DNA of 64,000 nt, taken from a bacterium (GTDB lineage Bacteria; Chloroflexota; Dormibacteria; Aeolococcales; Bog-877). Location of the stretch: positions 82,391 to 146,390 of the forward strand of contig JAJYET010000002.1 in NCBI GenBank assembly GCA_021785655.1, given 5' to 3'. The translations under genes and the position numbers were made by a program. How positions within the stretch are numbered: the first letter of the stretch is position 1; each line of letters opens with the position of its first letter. Shown piece by piece: positions 9,471-18,029 of the stretch. Under the pieces are notes generated by a model that was given only the letters and a program-made list of their open reading frames with translations, had not been told where the DNA came from and did not search any database.

Positions 9471-9778
9471 TGCAGCACCCGGTCCGCCTCTCGGCACCAG
9501 AGCGCGAGGTCCCTCAGGCTGCCCCTGTAGACCCGCGGGTCCGGCGCCTCACCCCCGCGCCTCCATCGCCAGTCGGCGTCGCAGTGGGCCACCGAGGCAC
9601 CAGAGCCAGCGACCTGCCCGGCCGCCAGGACCCCTTCTCCCAAGAGGAAGACCCTGACCTCGTGGTCGGCCGCCACGGCGGCGTCGGCCAGTCCCGAGAC
9701 CAACCGAGCCGCTGGTGAGTCCGGCCCCGAGCCCAGGACCAGGACCAGCCTGCGGGGGGTGGAGCTGATTTTGGCCAC
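9461..9778 (-). CDS. DsrE/TusD-like sulfur relay protein
   Basis: LVLVLGSGPDSPAARL...DHEVRVFLLGEGVLAA...AHCDADW parallels TusD (AIVVTGPAYG...GHELSSVFFYREGV...NICVAA), including the active-site Cys. The listed ORF overlaps the tRNA, so I trimmed the start to the GTG at 9778. Confidence 0.55.
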   Translation of the reverse strand: MAKISSTPRRLVLVLGSGPDSPAARLVSGLADAAVAADHEVRVFLLGEGVLAAGQVAGSGASVAHCDADWRWRRGGEAPDPRVYRGSLRDLALWCREADRVLQCR

Positions 9779-9868
9779 GCCGGTCAGCGTAGCTGAGTCT
9801 GGAAGCGGTGAGCCCGGGACCCGCGGCCAAGCCCGACTTCCGCTACGCTGCCCACTCAGCGGCACTCC

Positions 9869-9951
9869 GCCGGGGTGGCGTAATGGCAGCCGCAGCGGTC
9901 TTAAAAACCGCCGGACGCAAGTCCGTATGGGTTCGAGTCCCATCCCCGGCA
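9869..9951 (+). tRNA. tRNA-Leu (anticodon UAA)
   Basis: The cloverleaf was folded by eye: acceptor GCCGGGG/CCCCGGC, D arm, anticodon stem GCGGT/ACCGC with loop CTTAAAA (UAA), a long variable arm typical of Leu, and a T arm GGGTTCGAGTCCC. CCA is not encoded. Confidence 0.8.
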
Positions 9952-10183
9952 GCAGCCTTTCGAGATCGGAACGGCCCATGAGTGGCCTTCCTGCCAGACG
10001 CCACTCGGCGCATGGAGTGCCCCTGATGCCAACCCGGGCGGGAGACCGGCCAGGGTCCCTGCCCGGAACTCCATCGCGGGCGCGCCCACCCCCGGCAGGC
10101 GACCGGGGCCGCGGCTATGAGGGGCCCACTACCCCTTCAGGGCGCCGTGTGGGCCGTGCAGTGCATCGCCGACTGGACCACCA

Positions 10184-10459
10184 GTGCCAACTCTCCATTC
10201 GCCGCGCTCGGGTGCGATCTGTTCGCTCTCCGCCTCCGGAGGGACTCCGCGCTGGCCTTCAGCAACGGCCTCACATACGGGACGTGACCTGGGACAGGAG
10301 CACAACACCCAGGTCCTGCGGCGCTGGCTGCTGTCCGTGCCGGCCCGGCTGGTGCACGGCGGTCGGCGCTGGTACCTGCGCCTGGCCCGGGGGATGTCCC
10401 ACAAGCAGGAGTTCTGGGCTCTGCACCGCTACCTCGCCGCCCTGGGTGCCGGAGGATAG
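10184..10459 (+). pseudogene. C-terminal fragment of a DDE transposase (IS4/IS1380-type C-terminal motif)
   Basis: The 91-aa ORF ends ..QVLRRWLLSVPARLVHGGRRWYLRLARGMSHKQEFWALHRYLAALG. This resembles the conserved extreme C-terminus of IS1380/IS4-type transposases. No upstream catalytic domain is present, so it is a truncated remnant. Confidence 0.35.
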
Positions 10460-10777
10460 CTCCCTCCGGGCGGTGGCGACCGGCCTGTTGGCTACCTGGG
10501 ATGGAGCACGCCCATCACCCCTGCCGGAGTCCGTCTTCAGGCCAGCGGGCGGGCCCTGCCTCCTGCCGCGTGGCCCGCCAGCCGCCGATGACCGCCGTCC
10601 GGTCCTCCCGAGCCGCTCCCTTTGCCCCCCCACCGGCCGCCGCCACCTTACTCACCGGTCGAGGTCAGATGCCTCCGGTCAGGTGCTTACTTGCAGGTTC
10701 CCCATCCACACGGAGGGAGAGGTGGACGCCACCTCTCCCCCTGGCTGCCGCTGGACCGCTGCTGTGGTGCCGGACCC

Positions 10778-11278
10778 CTACGGCGCCACCTGCACTTGCG
10801 CGGGGAGCGCAGACAATATACTCTCGCCGAACAACGGCCCGAGGCTGTTATCTGGGTAGACGTAGTGCCCAGCGCTCGAGGGCACCGTGATGTCGACCGG
10901 GCCTGCGCCCGTCTGCACGTTGTCGATGATCAAGGTGTCGCCGCTGACGGTGTACGTGGTATTGCCGGCGTTGTGGATGTCGCCGTTCGGAGCTATCCCG
11001 GCATTGTGGATACAGTCGTCCTCTTCGTAGTCCACCGTGCCACCTGAGCTGCTCGTCGGCGTCAGCGCCGCCCAGAACCAAAAGCCACCACCGGAGCCAT
11101 TGGCTTTGGCGATGGGGATGATGCTGCCTAAGCTGTGCGTGTTAGCGGAGATCTCGATCTGGTAAGAAGCCCCTGGCCCGTAGTCGGCGAAAGCGGCGCT
11201 TGCCGTCGCCACGAGCACTCCGGCAGCGAGCCCAAAACTCAGGCCCAAGACGGCTACCACCTTGCTCAGCGTTCTCAT
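10778..11278 (-). CDS. secreted hypothetical protein (signal peptide, internal IHNAG repeats)
   Basis: The signal peptide MRTLSKVVAVLGLSFGLAAGVLVATASAAFA precedes a Gly/Ser/Thr-rich mature part with a duplicated (I/D)HNAG motif. The gene is visibly lower in G+C than its surroundings. Confidence 0.5.
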   Translation of the reverse strand: MRTLSKVVAVLGLSFGLAAGVLVATASAAFADYGPGASYQIEISANTHSLGSIIPIAKANGSGGGFWFWAALTPTSSSGGTVDYEEDDCIHNAGIAPNGDIHNAGNTTYTVSGDTLIIDNVQTGAGPVDITVPSSAGHYVYPDNSLGPLFGESILSALPAQVQVAP

Positions 11279-11447
11279 GGTTATCCTCACTTTTGTTCTC
11301 TGATCCCGTTGATGTTCCTGCACAGTCCGGTCGTTCACCCCACTTGAAGCCGTCAGGTTGATTCGCGTCTTTCTGTGCGTCCCTCCCCTGCGCGTCTCTG
11401 GCAGCTCCGAGGAACACACGGGGCGCCGCCACCTTTGTGTCTGCACC

Positions 11448-12380
11448 TTAGCGGATGACTTCCGTGGCATACGCCGCCATCGTCCGGCCGACGTCAGCGG
11501 GATCGAGCAGCCCCAGCTCATCGACGGGCAGTTTGCCCAACTCACGGAAGTACCCGACATAGACGTCGGGAGTTAGCGTGCAGATGAACTTGGCTGCTTC
11601 GCCGAAGGGGTTGGCGAAGGTGTGCGGTGTGCCGGAGGGGACTGTGATGCAGGATCCCGCTTCGACGTCGACACTGTCGGCTCCGGAGGTGAATGTGAGT
11701 TTTCCCTCGGTCACGATGAAGGTCTCGTCGTGATCACGGTGAATGTGCTGGGGCGGGCCACCCGGAACCGGCGGCACAATCGCCTCGATGAGGCCCAGCC
11801 GATGCTGGGTGTGGGTACCGTCTTCGATGATGCGGCAGCGGATTGGCCCGCCACCTGACTGCTCGCCGTCGTTGGGTCCGACGACAAAGATGGACATGGC
11901 GTTCTCCTTGGCAGCTGGGGATTCAAAACTGCCGCTATACGGCTGGTGGTTACTTGAGTGCAACTCGTAGGAGGCGCGGACCAATCCCAGGACCATGTCC
12001 TGCTCGGCGCTGTCGCGAGGGGCGTAGATCATGACGATGTTCCCGGGCGCTTGGCCGGTACGGGCGAGGACGTGAGGTTCGGCCCATCCGGCATGTTCGG
12101 CGGCAGCGGCTAGCGGGAGCGGCAAGGCCGCGTGCAGACTGAAGTCACCTTGGGCGTGCACGTGGCAGAACTCTCGGCCGTTCAACATCAGTGCCCGGGC
12201 GCCCTCCACCGAGATCACCGATGGCCCTGCGACCACGGAGGGCCATGTCAGTGCCTCGGCGAGAATGGCGTCGACGTAACGGGGGTCGTCGGGTTGCTGG
12301 TCCAGTTGGGTGTGCGGGATCTCGGTGGTGGTACGCGGCCTGGGCCCGGCCCGCCTCGGAAGCTGCGGTAGTCCGTCCAT
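11448..12380 (-). CDS. two-domain protein: uncharacterised N-terminal domain fused to a C-terminal cupin
   Basis: The C-terminal ~150 aa have a cupin_2 signature (HIHRDHDETFIVTEGKLTFT...VPSGTPHTF). The N-terminal ~160 aa are unassigned. There is no stop between the halves. An internal Met at 11897 could alternatively start a stand-alone cupin. Confidence 0.5.
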   Translation of the reverse strand: MDGLPQLPRRAGPRPRTTTEIPHTQLDQQPDDPRYVDAILAEALTWPSVVAGPSVISVEGARALMLNGREFCHVHAQGDFSLHAALPLPLAAAAEHAGWAEPHVLARTGQAPGNIVMIYAPRDSAEQDMVLGLVRASYELHSSNHQPYSGSFESPAAKENAMSIFVVGPNDGEQSGGGPIRCRIIEDGTHTQHRLGLIEAIVPPVPGGPPQHIHRDHDETFIVTEGKLTFTSGADSVDVEAGSCITVPSGTPHTFANPFGEAAKFICTLTPDVYVGYFRELGKLPVDELGLLDPADVGRTMAAYATEVIR

Positions 12381-12381
12381 C

Positions 12382-12831
12382 TCAGCCTCCGAACCAGAAG
12401 AGCTCGATCGGGATCCCGTCGGGGTCGCGGAACGTCAGCTGAGCGCGCCGAACCGGCTCGGTGGTCTCGTACAGCGCTCCGTGCTCGACACCCATGGCCT
12501 CGAGGCGAGTAGCCCACTGATCGATATCTTCCCGGCTGGCGACCTGGATGGCGAAGTGATCGAGCCCGGTGCGGAGCTCGCTGAACATGGTGGCGTCGGC
12601 ACCGGGGTGGTGGTCGAGGCCCATGAACAGCCCGGTGCCCGGACGCGTCATTACCACGGCGTAGCCGTCGCCGGTTCCATGCGGTTCGACGAAGGCTCGG
12701 ACGAGTCCCAGAACCTCGGTGTACCAGGCCTCGCTGGCCACGATGTCGCGGACCGTGAGGCCAAGGTGTTGGATTCCGGTCAGCGCCGGAGCTGTTTGGG
12801 TGGATGGGTAGGTTTCGAGCGCGGTGGTCAT
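12382..12831 (-). CDS. VOC/glyoxalase-bleomycin resistance family protein
   Basis: At 149 aa, it has GIQHLGLTVRDIVASEAWYTEVLGL and later HFAIQVASREDIDQWATRL, the paired beta-alpha-beta-beta-beta modules of the VOC fold. Confidence 0.65.
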   Translation of the reverse strand: MTTALETYPSTQTAPALTGIQHLGLTVRDIVASEAWYTEVLGLVRAFVEPHGTGDGYAVVMTRPGTGLFMGLDHHPGADATMFSELRTGLDHFAIQVASREDIDQWATRLEAMGVEHGALYETTEPVRRAQLTFRDPDGIPIELFWFGG

Positions 12832-12966
12832 GGTGGCCCTCCTAAATGGGTGTGTGTGGTCTGTTTCGCCTCGAGTAGACTTCGACTCTCAGTATGCGAC
12901 TCCTATCTCATTGTGCGACTGGCGTATCATAGACCCCAGTCTCTGGCTTGTCAAGGAGGAGCGGCG

Positions 12967-13584
12967 ATGGAACGTCCGTACGATGTAGGCGAGCTGTCCG
13001 GCCCCAGGGCGCGCACCCTGCGTCTCCTGAGGGAAGCGGCGCATGAGCTGCTGCGCACCGGCCGTCCACTAACGGTCCCCGCCGCAGCAGAGCTCGCGGG
13101 GGTGTCTCGGGCAACCGCCTACCGCTACTTCCCGACCAGAGACGCCGTGGTCCTCCACGCGACCATGTCCCTGGCCGACTTCCCGCTCGAAGACACCACT
13201 TGGGCCCCGCCGGCGGATACATCACCCGGCGAGATCAGCGCCAGGGCGGCCGAGCTCGTGCGGGTGACCGCCGCATGGGCTTTCGAGCATGAGACCGAGC
13301 TGCGCACGATGCTCCGCTTCTCGCTGGAACCAGGAAGGGAGCACATGACACCCCGCCGAGGACTGACTAACCGCGGGCACTGGATCGCAGCCCTCCTCGA
13401 GGGCCTGCCCAGTGATGTTCCCGCAGATGCTCGCAGCCGCCTCGCGAAGGCGCTCGTCCCCTTGTTCGGATCCGACGCCGTCGTTTGGACCACCGACATG
13501 GCCAACCTATCTCGCGAGCAGGCAATCGAGCTCCTCGTGTGGATAGCGCAGGTCCTCGTCAGAGCCACTCTGGCCGGCTGGTAA
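12967..13584 (+). CDS. TetR-family transcriptional regulator
   Basis: The ATG at 12967 is preceded by AAGGAGGA. The N-terminal HTH reads AAELAGVSRATAYRYFPTRDAV. The gene is divergent from the VOC gene. Confidence 0.75.
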   Translation: MERPYDVGELSGPRARTLRLLREAAHELLRTGRPLTVPAAAELAGVSRATAYRYFPTRDAVVLHATMSLADFPLEDTTWAPPADTSPGEISARAAELVRVTAAWAFEHETELRTMLRFSLEPGREHMTPRRGLTNRGHWIAALLEGLPSDVPADARSRLAKALVPLFGSDAVVWTTDMANLSREQAIELLVWIAQVLVRATLAGW

Positions 13585-13773
13585 CACCCCAACATCCGGC
13601 GGCGGCCCGAATGGAGTCGACATCGCCCACCGCCTCTGCCTCCGCTGCCGGACGTTCGCAGCCCAGTCGATCGGCCTGGTGCTGCTCCGGGCTCCGCAAC
13701 CCAAGGTCCGGCACCGGAGATCACCCCTGCAGAGGGCGGCCCCAAGGAACGGCGCGATCTCCAAGAGTGGGTC

Positions 13774-14298
13774 TTGGCACATCGGAAGAGCCTTGGCGAT
13801 CACTTCCTGGAGGAACGTGGCCAGTCCAGCTTGACGCCATCTTGCTCGCCGCCGTACACAGCACCCACCGGGTCCGGCCCCCGGAAAGTGCCAGAGTGCC
13901 GCAGGGGGTCCCAAGTGCCACGAGTCACGCGGCCGGCTGCTCCGCCTCCCAGCCCCTGGGACCTGGACCGCTGCTCCGCTGCCCAGCTCGGCCAGCGGTG
14001 GGCCGACTTGCAAGCCTTCGCCAGCTGGCTCGAGGCCCAGGGCATCAAGGTCCCCGCCTCCTGGCACACCCACGGCTGGGTGGCATTACAGGCTTGGAAA
14101 GCCCGGGCCTACGCCACTGACACCCACCCCGGTAGGCCGCCGACTGGGCCCTCGGCCTGGCCCCGCTCCTGCGCGACTGGGAGCCCCTCCTCGCCACCCA
14201 GGGCAAGCACCCCCCACCGGGATGTTCCTTGGGACGACCCCGTGCGGGTCCCGGAGTTCGCGGAGTTCGTCAAGGCCCAGGTGGCTGCCCGGGCCTAG
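13774..14298 (+). pseudogene. hypothetical ORF, possible remnant of a mobile-element gene
   Basis: This 174-aa ORF has a low-complexity Pro/Ser-rich content and no recognisable domain. It lies between the TetR gene and the VirD4-like fragment. Whether it is coding is uncertain. Confidence 0.2.
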
Positions 14299-14417
14299 CG
14301 GGACGCCAAGCCTGGCTCCTCCTGATGGCCCGCAGCCTGCACTTCCTCAGCATCCTGGTCTCCGAGCTCGCCAGCCGCTGGCGCGAGGTCCTGGCGGCCA
14401 TCTGGCTCGCTTGAGCG

Positions 14418-14819
14418 GTGATCTCCATCTTCGCCGGCGGCGGGCCGGAGGAGGACATGCCCTACACCGTCATCTGGCTCATCGCCGGCCTCACCGGCTG
14501 GTGGCTCGTCACGTGCTACGCTCCACCCCCGCTGCGACCCCGGCACCAGCTCCCCTCCGGGCCCCCCGTCGGGTATCCCCCGCCCTTCCGGATCCTCCTC
14601 AGCTGGGATGACCGGGTCTGGATCTCGGCCCCGCCGCAGATGGCGGCCCTGGTCCTAGGGCCGCCCTGCTCCGGCAAGACCAGAGGGATGGTCATCCCCA
14701 ACGTCGCCGCCTGGCCCGGCCCGGTGCTGGGCACCTCCACCCGTCGCGACGTGCGGGACGCCACCGTGGGCTGGCGGGGCCGCCAGCGGAAGATGTCAAG
14801 GGGTTTGAGACAGGCGTAG
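14418..14819 (+). pseudogene. N-terminal fragment of a type IV coupling protein (VirD4/TraG/TcpA-like)
   Basis: A TM helix (PYTVIWLIAGLTGWWLVTCYA) is followed by a Walker-A region, LVLGPPCSGKTRGMVIPNVAAWPGPVLGTSTRRDV. This matches the VirD4 pattern (..APTRSGKGVGVVIPTLLTWPGS.VV.D.KGE). The ORF stops after 133 aa, whereas full-length proteins are about 600 aa. Confidence 0.45.
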
Positions 14820-14879
14820 TGGCCAAAGTTTGTGGTCAGACGACCTCCTGAGTGGGTCGGTTGATCCAGGCGGTGGCGG

Positions 14880-15542
14880 TCACCGGTCCTCGTCGGGGGA
14901 AGGGGGCGCTGCGGCGGAGTGGCGGTGGGAGATTGGCATGTTCAGGTTGAAATGCACTCCTGCCATCCGGATGGAGAAGCAGATCGCGGCCGCCAAGACG
15001 GCGATGGCGCCGCTGTAGAAGTGGAGGCCCAGCGCCACCGCCGTGAGCGTGGCGCCGCAGGCCGCCGGGACGGCATAGAGGCCGCTCGACAGAACCGTCG
15101 GCACCTTGCGGATGACCACATCCCTGACCGTGCCTCCCCCCACGCCGGTGATGGTCCCGAGGACGACCGACTGGAAGGGGCCCAGGTGGGCGGCGAACGC
15201 GGTGGTGGTGCCCGTCACACAGAAGAGCGCGAGGCCGGCGGCGTCAAAGACGGTGATCGACCTTTCCAGGCGAAGCCAGAGCTGGCGGGCCATGAAGGCC
15301 AGGACACCGGCGCCGGCACCGACCGCCAGGTAGCGCCAGTCCCGGAACGCCGCGGGGGGCAGCGAGCCGATGAGGATGTCGCGGATGATGCCCCCTCCGA
15401 GGGCGGTGATCACCGCCAGAGCCACGACGCCAACGATGTCCAAGTTCTCGGATTCCATCGCGGTGAGTGCACCGTTCAGGCCGAAAACGAAGGTGCCCAG
15501 GAGCTCGAGCACGAGCTGGAGGGTGGAGCCTGTGCTCGACAC
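14880..15542 (-). CDS. trimeric intracellular cation channel family protein (UPF0126/YadS-like)
   Basis: At 220 aa, it has two repeated halves, each with a glycine-rich GGG(I/T)(I/V)RD motif (ALGGGIIRDILIG and GVGGGTVRDVVI). Confidence 0.65.
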   Translation of the reverse strand: MSSTGSTLQLVLELLGTFVFGLNGALTAMESENLDIVGVVALAVITALGGGIIRDILIGSLPPAAFRDWRYLAVGAGAGVLAFMARQLWLRLERSITVFDAAGLALFCVTGTTTAFAAHLGPFQSVVLGTITGVGGGTVRDVVIRKVPTVLSSGLYAVPAACGATLTAVALGLHFYSGAIAVLAAAICFSIRMAGVHFNLNMPISHRHSAAAPPSPDEDR

Positions 15543-15547
15543 CGTCG

Positions 15548-16837
15548 CTATTGGCCGGCTGCTTGGGGTGGGGCCAGCCAGGCCAGGGCGGCGACGACCA
15601 TGGCCTCTATGCCGGTGTCCAGGGTGGGCTGGATTACGGGCGCGAAGAGCGCCGAGTGGTTGACGGGGATGTCCTGGGCGACGCGACCTGCCTGCTCGGC
15701 CCGGCGATAAAGCTGGGGGTCGGTGCCTCCAATCCCCCAGTAGCAGTAGGGGATCCCCAGGGCGGTGGGGATGTCGCTGAAGTCCTCGCTGGCGCTCTGG
15801 GCCGGCATGGGCCCGGAGCGGTCGCCGAAGAACGAGGTGAACGCGGCGGCCACTCTCTGAGTGGTCTCGGGGTCGTTCTCGGTGAGGGGGAAGTGATCGA
15901 ACAGGTCGTAGTCGGCCGGACTAGGGGATCCCGACGCCCGACATTCGCCGTCGACGATCCTGCGGATAGCGTCGAGGGTTGCCGCCCGAGTCTGCTCGCT
16001 GTAGCTGCGGATATTGAGCTCGATCACGGCGTGGTCGGGGATCACGTTGCTCTTGGTTCCGGCCCTAAGGCTGCCGACCGTGACTACGACCGGCTCCCCA
16101 GGGCGGGTCTCGCGGGCCACGACGGTCTGGAGGCGGACCACGATCATCGCCGCCAGGACAACGGGGTCAACGGAGGCTTCTGGCATGGAGCCATGCGCAC
16201 CCCGCCCGTGGACCGTGATGCGCAGACTGTCGGCGGCGGAGAGGGTCGGGCCGGCGTGGGTGCCCACCACTCCCGCCGAGGCCGGCAATACGTGCTGGGC
16301 GAGGGCGACATCCACCTCAGGCAGGAGCCCCGCCAGGCCGCCGTCGATCATGGCCCGGGCTCCGTCGCCGGTCTCCTCCGCGGGCTGGAACACCGCCACC
16401 ACGGTGCCTCTCCAGCGGCTGCGGCTGGTGGCCAAAAGATGGACGGCGCCAAGCAGGCACGCAACGTGCATGTCGTGGCCGCAGGCATGCATGACGGACA
16501 CCTCACGGCCATCCCCATCGGTCACGGTCGTGGTGCTGGCATAGTCGAGCCCGGTGGCCTCAGCGACCGGGAGTGCGTCCATGTCCGCCCGCAACATCAC
16601 CACCGGCCCCTTGCCATTTCGGACGAGGCCGACCACCCCGGTCCCTCCAACACCGGTGTGGAGCTCCACATCCGACGCCGAAAGCCGCGCCCCGATCTTG
16701 GCGGCCGTGGCATGCTCCTGGTGGGACAGCTCGGGGTGGGCGTGCAAGTCGCGGTAGAAATCCGCCGCCCAGGTGCGGACGGTTCCGAGGTCAGAGAGCA
16801 CGGTGGCGACCGCGGACGGCACCGGCGGCAGAGTCAT
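15548..16837 (-). CDS. M20-family amidohydrolase (M20D, hippurate hydrolase/aminoacylase-like)
   Basis: Metal-binding motifs MHACGHDMH, FQPAEE.G and TVHGRGAHGS are present. The start was trimmed to Met18 of the listed ORF. Confidence 0.75.
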   Translation of the reverse strand: MTLPPVPSAVATVLSDLGTVRTWAADFYRDLHAHPELSHQEHATAAKIGARLSASDVELHTGVGGTGVVGLVRNGKGPVVMLRADMDALPVAEATGLDYASTTTVTDGDGREVSVMHACGHDMHVACLLGAVHLLATSRSRWRGTVVAVFQPAEETGDGARAMIDGGLAGLLPEVDVALAQHVLPASAGVVGTHAGPTLSAADSLRITVHGRGAHGSMPEASVDPVVLAAMIVVRLQTVVARETRPGEPVVVTVGSLRAGTKSNVIPDHAVIELNIRSYSEQTRAATLDAIRRIVDGECRASGSPSPADYDLFDHFPLTENDPETTQRVAAAFTSFFGDRSGPMPAQSASEDFSDIPTALGIPYCYWGIGGTDPQLYRRAEQAGRVAQDIPVNHSALFAPVIQPTLDTGIEAMVVAALAWLAPPQAAGQ

Positions 16838-17146
16838 GAGGCGATTGTGCCAGCCCCGCGGGCGGCACGTGGCGCCTCTCCGCCCCAACTCAATCCGTCA
16901 ACTCCGCCGGCGGGGGTCGCTGTGGTCCTTGGGGTGTTGGAGGGCGATTGACGGGGTCTCCGCCAGGAGACTCGGCGGACTACTCCGATCATGCTGGCGA
17001 GGACTTTTGCAGAGCACGTTCGCCAGCCAGGCGGCGCTGGAGCGCAGCCCGGTCCGGCCCAGGTAGAGGCGCGGATCCAAGTTGGCGCTGGCCGAGCGCC
17101 CCGACGCTCCGGGCTCGTTCCCCCACCGGGAGGCGGGCCACCCGCG

Positions 17147-17899
17147 CTAGGGAGTTCGGCTGGCACGGACGGACAGCGCACTGAGCCAGCCGAACCCGAC
17201 CCCGATCGATAGGCGCTGGAATATTCCCCCCACGTGCGCCAGGCGAGACGAAGGGGCAAGAGCGGCGGCGAAGAGCGCAAAGGTGCCCAGGACCGAGATG
17301 GCCGAGCCCACGGAATAGGCGGCCCAGCGGCAGTCGCGGCCCCGGACGGCGGGGGCGGCGCTGGTGAGGGCGGCGACGGGTATGCCGGCAAAGATGGGGA
17401 TCGCGAACAGGTTGTGCAGCCGCCCGCCCAGGGTCGGCCCGGAATCCCCGGCGCCGACGAGCGGGATCCCCTCCTCGCCGGATGTCGGGGGCGGGAAACC
17501 ACCAACTGGATCGGTCGCGAACACCCCAGAGCCCACCAGGCCGATCCCCACCCCACCGACCAGGAGAGGGACCACGCGGGGGCCGACGCGTCGACGCGGG
17601 CCCCGGCCCAGCTCCCGGGAGGCGTAGCAGTACAGGGCCCCGGCCACCATGAAGTTGGCACGTTGAAGCCACCCATGGTGGCCTAAGGCCAGGGAGCTGA
17701 CCGGGAGGCGGCGCCAGTCATAGCCGGGCCGACGGGCTCCGATCGCAGTGAACGCCGTCACGAACAGTGGCCCAGCGAGGGTGCCCCAGCTCAGGGCCGC
17801 GGAGCGCCCTGCGCTGGGGCCGGCAGCCGGCGACATGTAGGAGAGCGTACGACGGCCGAGCGGCGACCGAGCCAGCGCCGGCGAGCCTGGCTCCCGCAT
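17147..17899 (-). CDS. DUF998-family integral membrane protein
   Basis: It has six hydrophobic helices and conserved Gly-rich segments (LVGGVGIGLVGSGVFATDP). Its start is ambiguous (Met at 17899 or 17836). Confidence 0.45.
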   Translation of the reverse strand: MREPGSPALARSPLGRRTLSYMSPAAGPSAGRSAALSWGTLAGPLFVTAFTAIGARRPGYDWRRLPVSSLALGHHGWLQRANFMVAGALYCYASRELGRGPRRRVGPRVVPLLVGGVGIGLVGSGVFATDPVGGFPPPTSGEEGIPLVGAGDSGPTLGGRLHNLFAIPIFAGIPVAALTSAAPAVRGRDCRWAAYSVGSAISVLGTFALFAAALAPSSRLAHVGGIFQRLSIGVGFGWLSALSVRASRTP

Positions 17900-18029
17900 G
17901 ACGCCCGCGCCCGTATTGAGGGCGGTCCCGGGGCACTGGCGTGGGTCAGCTCCTCGGCAGGGAGTGAGCCCCGGTGGGAAACTACGGTTAGACCGAGGGG
18001 GGCCAGGGTTGCATCGAGCGGGCGGCACG

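Noticed and set aside
9759-10859. 366-aa ORF spanning the tRNA-Leu(UAA) and island edge
   Set aside because: It overlaps the tRNA, has low-complexity Pro/Arg/Gly content, and has no domain signal. It is treated as non-coding.
14780-14900. Possible direct repeat of the tRNA-Leu 3' end (gggtttgagac vs gggttcgagtc) marking the distal island boundary
   Set aside because: Only about 9 of 11 matches over a very short stretch. It cannot be distinguished from chance in GC-rich DNA. The island's distal end is left undefined.
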